From assembly GCF_009914755.1 (NCBI RefSeq), contig NC_060927.1: a DNA stretch of 64,000 nt; one strand, 5' to 3'. The position numbers and the translations under genes were made by a program. This document shows positions 16,626 to 27,122 of the stretch, piece after piece (the first letter of the stretch is position 1; each line of letters starts with the position of its first letter). Source of the stretch: the human T2T-CHM13v2.0 reference genome, Homo sapiens. Under the pieces are notes generated by a model that was given only the letters and a program-made list of their open reading frames with translations, did no database searches and had not been told where the DNA came from.

Positions 16626-18513
16626 TAACAATTTGGTAATAAAAAACACAGAAAATAAGCATAAACTATTTCTAAACTCCAGAAAAAATTGTTGACTGGG
16701 ATATAGGTAGTCCAATTCTTAATACACAACACAGGGAATGTTCAATAAATGTCACTGTCTAACTGATAGTATTAATGCTAAAGGGTTACTTCTCTTTGCC
16801 TAGGCCATTGCTTAATTTCTATGGAAAGTATTTTCTTTATCCCATAATGTTTAATGCATCATTATTATTTTAAATATAATATACCTTCATTGAAAAAAAA
16901 GAGGTTTTCTTGAGTATCTAGAGTTTACATTCCAGGATTTTCTATGAAATAATTCACCATCTGGTACTGATGAGGTTAGATAATAACTTAGGAAAATTTG
17001 GGGGTATGATGTTTACAGATGATGAAAAGATGTTGCTGTAGCAGTTTTTTATTTTCATCAGTAGAAACTGTCCTTAGTTTTTAACTGCTTTTATTCCCCT
17101 GCATTATGTTTTCTAAATGTATCTCCCATGCATCACTGCAATTTGAAATATTTGAAAAAAGTACCAGGTACAGAAGAAACAGTCAAGTTGGGGGCTCTAA
17201 GAGCAGTAATCGAGGATTCCCACAGCCTCTAGTATGGTCTCTGGGTACAGGCATGCAGCCTGGTAACTGCATTAAGACTCCTAGTCTTGAGGTTTGGGAC
17301 TCCAAGGATCTCTTTATTCCAGTGAGTTAGGCTACCATCTTACTTACTAACCACTCTCTATACAGGGAGCATATGTACTTGCATATACATACTGCTTTCT
17401 ATCATTTAAATTAGTTATTGAAAGGCTTTCAATTCTTTGTGGACCAACTTTTGAATTACATACTTTTTTGTTTAGATATAGCTATGCCACTTTTTGTCCT
17501 CTACATTGATTTCCAACTTACTTGCAAAAATCAGAATTCTTATTTCTTTGTAGCAGTTTGATGTAATAAATTCTGTACATTTTTTAAGGGCAAATGTATA
17601 AAAGTAGCTAGGGCTTTTAAACTTTTGGAAAACAATATTTTCAAGAGAACTATTAAACACAAATCCTTAACCATCTAAATGACACTTTTAAAAGTTATAA
17701 ATCATATGCTTTTCCTAAGATGTCTTTTAACATCTTTAGCCCCCTCCTTACCAGAAATTTAGTCCACTTCTGGATCTCTTCTAAATTATCTTTATCTTTC
17801 CTTTCATCTCATAATATATCATTTTAAGGAGAAATGGTCTTACAGATTACTTTAAGATTTTTCCTCTAAATGTACGATTTAAGAGTATCATAACGAGTAA
17901 TCAAGAAGTTTATATGATAAGATAATGTAAAGGGATGAGCAGGCATATAATACTCATTTTTCCAAAAGCACCACCATCAACACTACCCATTATAACCACC
18001 TTAAACATCTGGTAAATCAATCCAAAATTAAATTAAGCTTTTATAAATTCATATTGGGTTTAACCATTTGATCTAACTTATTGATGGAAAACTGCCTCTA
18101 ACAATTACTGAAATTACAGACTTAGAAATGAAACATTCCATTAGCTATCTCTGCCACAATAGCATAACGTTACATTTTGTTCCATTACTTTCGCCCAGCC
18201 CCTTAAGAAATAGGGATTTTATGTCGTCTTATTTCACATTCTGACTCCAGTCACTTGGGTTTGGAGGGCATGGTTTCCACTAAAGTTAAAAGACCTAGCT
18301 CTATAAATTACAACTAAAGACCTAAAAAATTCTCTGCAAATTTAATTCTCAAAACATCTTTTGGGATAAAAAGTATTTCTATTCTTCAAAGATTAGAGAA
18401 CCGAGTTCAACGATTTACTGATTTAAGTTATCATTATGTGATTGCTAACGCTGCAGTAGATATGAAATCACGATTTCCATTAAGACTTAGATTTTACCTA
18501 AATGACGACTGCT

Positions 18514-18637
18514 TTAGTATGTCAAAGTTTAGGAGCCCATCCCCATTTTTTTAAACTGCTTAAAAGAATGGCCTTAGCATGCCAAAGTTTAAGAGCCCAT
18601 CCCCATTTTTTTTTAACTGCTTAAAAGAATGGCCTTA
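18514..18637. repeat. Two-copy tandem duplication, 60/61-bp unit
   Basis: 18514-18573 versus 18574-18634; differ by a few substitutions and T-run length. Confidence 0.92.
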
Positions 18638-19449
18638 CCATTTTCTTTGGCCAGGAACTAACTACAAGATGATAAATTTGCCAGTACTTTCTTTTCATAG
18701 TTGTTCTTTGCATTGGAACAGGAAAGGGTGCTTTATCACTCGTTACGGTTGTTCATGGCCCAATCCAAATCATATAATACGCTGGCTGCTACTAACAGTT
18801 TTAGAATAAACAAAAAGAAGAACTATAATGCAGTAGGTTCTACATTTATAAAGCCCATGAGCTGATTTCGTGCCGAAAGTAAAACAGTCTCAAGAGTTTA
18901 AATGAATCCTGGAATCACAGCAAATTCAGGAAATTTAGGAATATGTTGGTAACCCTTAAGCTTTTTAAAAACTGACTACACCCTGGGCAAGTAACCACCC
19001 CCTGATGCCGTTGTGGGAGACAGAATTTCTGGCAGGAAGATAATTTTCTGACTCAATCTGGCTTGCCGTTCTTGTTTAATCATCCCCATTTCTCTGAACA
19101 TTTTACTCCTCTGACTACAATGGTCAACATTTATTTTCAGAAGTTTTAAAGTGATTTAGTTCTTCCAGCCGCACCTCTTTTTATCCCATCTAAGTCTTCC
19201 CCAGCCCCCATTCCTATCGCCCTCGTTTCACTAAGATTTTGCTAAACATTAGACACAAGCACATGACCTCCAGTCTTCCACTGTCTCGGAACAAACCGAC
19301 ATAAAAACATCTGATTAGTTCCATTGTAAGCTTCCCTAGGCTTAGAATTTAAAATGGTCTTTAGCTCGTCAATGCTTAAAGAACCTACAACACAAAATTT
19401 AAATTTTAAAAATTTTAAATAAAGAAACCGCTCCCTTTTTTAACCTTTA

Positions 19450-19546
19450 GCCCCGCCCATTGCCCCCCACCCCAGGTTCCACGCGAAACTGCAGGAAACC
19501 GGAGGGGGCGGAGCGGTGACGTCACGACGCCGGTGCGTCACGGAAC
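19450..19546 (+). promoter_or_regulatory. TATA-less core promoter: GC boxes plus CRE sites
   Basis: GCCCCGCCC 19450-19458, GGGGCGGAGC 19505-19514, palindromic GTGACGTCAC 19516-19525, TGCGTCA 19534-19540; no TATA box seen. Confidence 0.75.
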
Positions 19547-19965
19547 GGCGGCGGCTGCGGCGCTGGCGGTGGCTGCGGCAGCGGCGGCATTTTAGTCGGC
19601 AGCGGCGGCGGCAGCGGGGCTGCTGCTCCTCCCAGCATCCCTGGCGCGGCCATTTCAGCCCCATCTTGGCCCAGCGGAGGGAGCTGCAGCCGCCGCTTCA
19701 GCAGTTTGAATTTCAGTTTCTTCGGGGTTTAGGAATTGGGCGCACCGAGGAGGAGCCGGAGAAGCCACCACCGCTACCTCACACAGCCGGGGCGCCTCCG
19801 GTCCCGTGCCAGCGGTCTGCCGCCGCCGCCCCTCTCTGAGAGAAGCCGCGAGGGGAGGCCGAGACCGCCGTCGCCGCCCGCCCGCAGGGGTGGTTCCCCC
19901 TGTAAGGGGAGGACCGAGCCGGCTTTCCCCTCCCCCAGAGCGGGTTTCCGCCTGAGGCAGTCGAC

Positions 19966-19992
19966 ATGTCCCTGGGGCTGAGCTCCGGCTAG
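19966..19992 (+). other. Candidate uORF1 (MSLGLSSG*)
   Basis: GACATGT context; ATG TCC CTG GGG CTG AGC TCC GGC TAG. Confidence 0.45.
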
Positions 19993-20472
19993 AGCCGGGG
20001 AGGGAGGGCCGCCTGCCCGCGCCACAGCCCCACCGCCCGCCCGCGGACCTTCAGCCAGCTCCGGCCCGCGGCTCCCGGCTGAATTAGGCATCTCCGACTC
20101 CGGACTCGCCGCTCCTTCCCTCAGTCAGAGAGCCCAGCGCTGACGCCGGCACCGGCCTGAGGAGCCCGAGCGGGGCAGCACCGCCCCTCACGCCGCCGCC
20201 ACCGCCTCCTCCTCCTCCTCTTCGCCCTCCCACTCCCACCCCCAGCCAAGGCCTGCTGACCGCGCCGAGCGCCGAGCTGGACTGACCACGGCTGCCCGGA
20301 GACGAGAGAGGAAGCAGCCGGCCCGCCCCTGGGTTCGCGCTCTCGCCGCCTCTGAGGGAATTGAATTGAGGCGCCGCGGCTGCGAGAGCTAAAAAGGAAG
20401 GAGGAGCCGCCGCGGGACTGAGACGGGGGCAGAGCCGAAGAGACCGACACAGAGAAGGAAACGAGGAGGAGG

Positions 20473-20511
20473 ATGTCTCACCGGGCGGCCAGCGCCTGGA
20501 TCAGCCCGTGA
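20473..20511 (+). other. Candidate uORF2 (MSHRAASAWISP*), in frame with the main ORF
   Basis: AGGATGT context (A at -3); ATG is 174 nt (58 codons) upstream of the main ATG; stop TGA at 20509-20511. Confidence 0.55.
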
Positions 20512-20646
20512 CTCTTAACAGCGGCGGGCCTCAGACCCCAGCGCAGACTCGGACTTTGTCTTTGGGGGCCCGTGCTCTGCCCTCCCCGGTTTCCGACAGG
20601 ACCCAGAGGAGCCGGCGTGCCTCTCTGCCCTCCAGCCTTCTTCACC

Positions 20647-22604
20647 ATGTCCAAGATGCCGGCCAAGAAGAAGAGCTGCTTCCAGATCACCAGTGTCACC
20701 ACGGCCCAGGTGGCCACTAGCATCACCGAGGACACCGAGAGCTTGGACGACCCGGACGAGTCACGCACAGAGGACGTCTCCTCCGAGATTTTCGACGTCT
20801 CTCGGGCCACGGATTATGGCCCTGAGGAGGTCTGCGAGCGCAGCTCTTCCGAAGAGACGCTTAACAATGTTGGGGATGCGGAGACTCCCGGGACCGTCTC
20901 CCCAAACCTCCTCCTAGATGGGCAGCTGGCAGCGGCGGCTGCTGCTCCCGCCAACGGAGGAGGAGTCGTTTCGGCCCGGAGCGTGTCTGGGGCGCTCGCC
21001 AGTACCCTGGCGGCGGCTGCCACTTCGGCCCCCGCCCCCGGAGCACCCGGCGGCCCCCAGCTCGCGGGCTCATCCGCCGGGCCAGTGACTGCAGCCCCAT
21101 CTCAGCCTCCCACCACATGTAGTTCCCGTTTTCGCGTGATCAAGCTGGACCACGGGAGCGGAGAGCCCTATAGACGCGGCCGATGGACGTGTATGGAATA
21201 CTATGAGAGGGATTCAGACAGCAGCGTCCTGACTAGATCCGGGGATTGCATTAGACACAGCAGTACTTTTGACCAGACTGCGGAGCGGGACAGCGGCCTG
21301 GGCGCCACCGGAGGGTCGGTGGTGGTAGTAGTGGCCTCCATGCAGGGGGCGCACGGGCCCGAGTCGGGAACTGACAGCTCCTTGACTGCTGTGTCACAGC
21401 TACCCCCGTCGGAGAAAATGAGCCAGCCCACTCCGGCCCAGCCGCAGAGTTTTAGCGTTGGGCAGCCACAGCCGCCGCCGCCACCCGTAGGTGGGGCTGT
21501 GGCTCAAAGCTCGGCTCCGCTGCCGCCGTTCCCGGGAGCCGCGACCGGGCCGCAGCCAATGATGGCAGCCGCGCAGCCCAGCCAGCCCCAGGGAGCGGGG
21601 CCCGGGGGACAGACTCTGCCGCCGACGAATGTAACCCTGGCGCAGCCGGCTATGTCCCTGCCTCCGCAGCCGGGCCCTGCAGTGGGCGCCCCCGCGGCGC
21701 AGCAGCCCCAGCAGTTCGCGTATCCTCAGCCTCAGATACCGCCCGGACATTTGCTGCCCGTCCAGCCCTCCGGCCAGAGTGAGTACCTGCAGCAGCACGT
21801 GGCCGGCCTGCAGCCGCCAAGCCCCGCGCAGCCCTCGTCCACCGGCGCCGCAGCGAGCCCCGCCACGGCGGCCACCCTTCCCGTGGGCACCGGCCAGAAT
21901 GCTTCCTCGGTGGGCGCGCAGCTCATGGGCGCGTCTTCCCAGCCCAGCGAAGCCATGGCCCCCCGGACGGGACCAGCGCAAGGCGGGCAGGTCGCGCCTT
22001 GTCAGCCGACTGGAGTGCCCCCGGCTACTGTGGGAGGCGTGGTGCAGCCGTGCCTCGGTCCTGCCGGGGCTGGGCAGCCCCAGTCCGTGCCTCCGCCGCA
22101 GATGGGTGGCAGTGGTCCGCTGTCAGCCGTACCTGGTGGCCCTCACGCCGTGGTGCCCGGAGTTCCAAACGTGCCTGCAGCCGTGCCCGCTCCAAGCGTG
22201 CCTAGTGTGTCTACCACTTCTGTTACTATGCCAAATGTACCCGCGCCTCTGGCCCAGTCGCAACAGCTGAGCAGCCATACGCCAGTCAGCAGGAGCAGCA
22301 GCATAATCCAGCATGTTGGGCTGCCCTTAGCGCCAGGCACACACAGCGCACCAACAAGTCTACCACAGTCTGACCTAAGCCAGTTTCAAACTCAGACCCA
22401 GCCTTTAGTCGGGCAAGTCGACGATACTAGAAGAAAATCAGAACCCCTACCTCAACCACCACTTTCTCTCATTGCTGAAAATAAGCCTGTTGTGAAGCCG
22501 CCTGTTGCAGATTCCCTGGCAAACCCCCTTCAGTTAACACCTATGAACAGTCTGGCCACCTCTGTATTCAGCATAGCTATTCCTGTTGATGGTGATGAAG
22601 ACAG
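20647..22604 (+). CDS. TSC22D2: TSC22 domain family member 2, coding part of exon 1 (652 codons + 2 nt)
   Basis: ATG in TTCACCATGT context (A at -3). Translation [22 protein letters not shown]...[23 protein letters not shown]...P/Q/A-rich...[14 protein letters not shown] matches the long TSC22D N-terminus as recalled. Ends at donor CAG|GTATGG (22604/22605), phase 2. The track ORF 20572-22704 overruns at both ends. Confidence 0.96.
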
Positions 22605-25600
22605 GTATGGAAATCTCTATTTTAAATATTTGATAGAAATGCTTGGCCAACATTGTAGCTTAGGATGCAACTTTGGGAGATTTGTTGTCAACGGAGGCCC
22701 TTAGCATTTTTAAATACAAAATTTAGTTTTTGGTAAAATTGATTTAGATTGCTGATGCTGATGTCAAAGGGTGTAATGAGCGAATTGGTCTTGTCACCGT
22801 TGTTTAAAAGCACTAAAATGGGTAGGGATGCAACATTGTTTACTCAAAAAAAGGTGAATTTAAGCTTAATGCTTACCATTTAATGGTGGTAGCTAGTGTG
22901 TTATGCTCCCATAGAATTGTCCTTTTCTTACATATCAATCACACTTGAACACGTAAGGCAGAGAGATTTGTCAGTGTGAGTTTTGAGGCTGAGACATAAT
23001 AATACTACAAGTTTTCCTTTCTGGAAAACCAGAAGGTCCTCTAGTGAAAAAAAAAATCTATGTAAGGAATCTTCTCCAGTGTATCTGGAAAGGCTGGAGA
23101 CATAATGGTGAAATGTCAAATCCGGCTTTGAAGATCATACTTAGTTCAGCCTTTTGATTAAAGGAGGTACAAGGTCACGAGTCTTCCCAGGGACTTCTCT
23201 AAGATACTATTTTTTTGTTGTTAAGCAAAAAATGTACTGGAAAGATATTCTTACTTTCCATCAGTCTATTTATTATAGGAAAGGGAGGTTGAGATCGATC
23301 CTTTAACTGTAGTGAAAGCTATAGTTCTTGAAATTAAGAGTAATTTTATAATAAAAGTGTAAATGTTAATAATTGGCTCCCTGTATTTAGGGATGCTTTT
23401 TTTAATGGCCTAAATAAGAATTAGTGTATTGCTACACCAGTGCCACAACAGCTGATGTTTGGTTATGGTTTAGTGAGGATTTTTGTGGTTTTGAGGAGAT
23501 GTCACATGTAAATTTGACATACATATTGCAAAATTTTAAAAGCTGACTTGTTGCAATGTTTTAAAATTATATTTAAAAATTATAGAAAAAGTTTCAGGAA
23601 TTTCACAGTTAGACATTTCTTTGCTGGGGTTTTTGTTTAGCGAGAGGCTAATTTTAGGTGTTTTTAAAAGATACAAACTAATATTATGGATTTCCAGAAT
23701 AATTAGTATGTGGAAGAATACAATGACATGTATGTTAAAGCTTTCTCTTCCTATGGTTTCTTCTGAGTTCCTTCACATTTCTTAACCTCCCATTTCTAAT
23801 TAGCCTTGTATTTTTGTTATATACTTCTGTTGGTTTGAAAAATACTCACTGACTGAAATTCATTCATCTTCTCTGCTTTTTGTAATTTAAAGTTCATCTT
23901 TTTTTGTAGGTGACTTGCTTATGGGGAGTCTTTCTTCACTTGAGAACGCTTAGAGAATACCACGTGTCCATAAGTGAGCTCAGCTAGCTAGTCATTGAGA
24001 AATTTTGTGTGTGTGGGACTACTAAGTAAACTGACTCCACAAGCCACTCAGAAAAATCCCTCTACTTTTATAGTTGCTCCCATTGTCACACACAGGGACA
24101 CACCTGTAACACAGATTGAGTTTATTTTTTCACCTTTGGTAATAATCAACAGGCATCTTCACTTTTCTAGCTGCCACAAGCCAATTTTTTCCTGATAAGT
24201 TGGCAAATAACCTTTTGCTTTCCTCTGTTCCTGTATACTGCCCATATCTCTTCAAGAAATGATGACTGGTTTCCTGAGCTACCCCGCTTTCTATACACAC
24301 ACACACCCCTCCACCCGAGAATGCAGATTACATTTTCCCTTCTGTGCACACCTCTCTCAGTTTACAGCATCCATACTTAGATTCCTCAGAACTTTAGTAC
24401 GATGATAAGGCATGAAGCAGAGACTTCTGTTGATAGATGGAAACTGAAATGTATTCTTTAGGGTATGACATCAAAAATGCATTTATTTTTTCCTCTTACT
24501 GTATTAAGAGTTGGTAATCTGAAAACTCTGATTTCCAAATTTGTGAATGGTTGAACTACAGATACTACTGTATCAGTGTTCTTACCAATTGCAACAGTTA
24601 ATTCAGTGCAGGGGTTTTGATGTATGTACAGTCCTATTTTAAACATGACACTTCCCTCCCTTGCCCCAATCATTTAAAATCTACATTGCTTACCAATGTT
24701 CATTTCTGATTTTTGTTACAGTCTTTCATTGGTTTTTAACTTGACATGCTAGTTTCCAAGATGTAATCTTACACATTTGACTGTTTTGTCACTGGTCCAA
24801 CATACCTGGTGAAGGAATAAATCCATTAGGTAGAAATAGTTGGGTTTTTTGTTTTGTGTTTTTTTTTTTTAATAGAAAGCTTTGGTTAAAAAAAAAAAAA
24901 AGAACAGGGTATTTTAAAATTTTGTGTTTGAAATTAAATAACAGTTTTCCAGGCATATGTTTAAATTACTGAGATGAGTACTTTTGAGGAGACTACTATC
25001 TTAACTGAAAATTTTAATTTTAATGTGATTTTGGGTTGCCGCCTTAAAATCTGCATGTTTTCAAATTTGAAATAAAACCAACTGGAGTGAGAGGTCTTGA
25101 CTAATTGTGATTTAAACTTTGCAAGTAGTTTGACAAATTTCAGATCCTAAGGAAATATTTGTAAATAAGATATATGCTTTTTTTAAAAAAAATTAGGACT
25201 TTAGTAAACAGTCTATTTCTTTGAGAAAAGAAAGGAAAATGGGAAATTAAAAAGATTGAGGTGGTTTAGGTTGATACATTGAAAACTCTTATCTTGAGAT
25301 TTTGGTTCCATTACCTAATGCAAAGTTCTATATTGGCTTAATTTTGAGATCATTTATAATTAAAGAACCGGGCCTTATAGTAATACATCTTAATATTATC
25401 ACACCTTTAAAAGGCTGATGGTTGTATATGCAAAAAGTTCTCAATTAGCATTGCCTATTGACTCTACATTATTAATTACCATAAAGTTTATCTTTCTGGC
25501 CATTTTCATTAGAAAGGTTTATGGTCAGTTGTTGAGACTCTTCAAATTGATTTTGTGTAAACTCGTGGATGTGATGGTTGAAAATACAGTCCTTAAATAT

Positions 25601-26824
25601 GTAGCTACTTTTATAGTGAACTTTACAAAACTTGTTTAAACTACGTACACACTTAACAGTCTCCTGTAAATGAGAGGAGGTGCAAAATATTACTGGCCCT
25701 TTTGGAAAAGGAACACAGTACAGATCACTTTCCATAGATAGCCAACCAATGTGAACTCTGTAGGCCGCATTCCAGGAACTCTTATGAATGGCTGCAATTG
25801 TGAGCTGTCATCTGTGGCCAAAAGACTGTTGAAAACCTGATTCTAAGGATCCTTTGGTGGCAGATATTTCTATGTCTTGTTAATGGTTTTATTTGTGTGG
25901 TTTGCTAATGATCACTGATAAAATATTATACATTGTGAATGTTAAGTGGTGTGTCCTGGTATGTGCCATAAATACACATTTTGTTTGTACATTTATATAT
26001 ATTTTAAACCAAATTCTGCTGCTTTTTTTACTTGAAGTTTAAGTGAGAGGATTAAGTAAATGTATACCAGGAGGCAGAACTGTCTCAGTCTTCGACCTCT
26101 GTTGTATGAAAGTCTCACTGAATTGAAGTCTCTAAAGATGGAAATTTCTTACTTGAATCTCTGTTTCTTGGAAGCTGACATTTATCTGTTAAATTGTGAA
26201 GGTAATTTTGCTCTTGTAGGTTTACAGTTGATGTCTGAATCACATACTAGATACTATCCTATGCCTATCTACACGTTTAAGAGTGTTCTTACTGAGGAGT
26301 TAGTAGTAAAAATGTAAATTCGTATATATGTGTCATTATTGTTTAGCATAAAAACTGATACTGATGTATTCATCAGGGATTACTGATGGATACCACATGG
26401 ATTACTAAAACATACTTTATTCATAAACGTGGCTTGAAATAAAAGAAATGACAGATTTCCAAAAAGGCTTACGATTTTCCAAACTACCCGAAATTCCTAA
26501 ACCATGAGCTATATCTGTAGGAGTGTGGCCTTTTATATTCACAGTGACACATACTGTATAAAATTTTATGTGCACTAAATCATATAGGCCAAACATTGGT
26601 AAATTTTTTTAGAAAACATGATGGCTTATATGTGTGTGAATAATACAGATTTCCAGCTGACTATTTTAGTAACACTTGTTTTTTCTTTTTAGGAGATCAC
26701 AACCCCTGAACTAAATCACCTTTATGAGAAGTCATTTTATATAGGACTGGTGGTAGGGGTATATATGTCCTCTACTTCCTGAGAATAAATATAATGCCAA
26801 TTCATTTGTTATTTAAGAATCCTG

Positions 26825-27122
26825 GGCCAGGAGCGGTAGCTCATGCCTTGTAATCCTGGCACTTTGAGAGACCAAGGTCAGAGGATTGCTTGATGCCAGG
26901 AGTTGGAGACCAGCCTGGGCAACATAGCGAGGCTTTGTCTCTACAAAACATTTAAAAATTAGCCAGGTCTGGAGGCCAACACCTATAGTCTTAGCTACTT
27001 GGGGAGGCTGTAGGAGGAGGATTGCTTGAGCCCAGGAGCTGGAGGCTACAGTGAGCTATATTATAATATTGCACTGAAGCCTGGGCCACACAGCAAGGAC
27101 CTGTCTGTAAAAAGAAAAAAAA
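26825..27122 (+). mobile_element. AluJ
   Basis: Diverged dimer with 'ggattgcttgagcccaggag...gaggctacagtgagctat'. Confidence 0.9.

Larger units (their letters stand above)
19550..20646 (+). other. TSC22D2: Probable long GC-rich 5' UTR of TSC22D2 (TSS position is approximate)
   Basis: Lies between the promoter motifs and the main ATG. Contains GCG/CGG runs (19546-19618), CCG/CCT runs (20191-20221) and only two ATGs. Confidence 0.6.
19430..22260. promoter_or_regulatory. TSC22D2: CpG island covering promoter, 5' UTR and most of exon 1
   Basis: Abrupt switch from AT-rich, CpG-poor sequence to GC/CpG-dense sequence at ~19440, fading after ~22260. Confidence 0.93.

Noticed and set aside
19440-22340. 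Many overlapping and antisense ORFs (up to 193 aa) in the CpG island
   Set aside because: Expected from stop-codon scarcity in GC-rich coding DNA; many have non-ATG starts; no recognisable domains.
20572-22704. 710-aa ORF read as a single-exon gene
   Set aside because: The GTG start is a track artefact. The canonical start is ATG 20647 and the frame is spliced at 22604.
18085-23248. TonE/NFAT5-like TGGAAANNYNY matches at 18085, 22608 and 23238
   Set aside because: Attractive for an osmotic-stress gene, but the motif is degenerate and expected by chance in AT-rich DNA.
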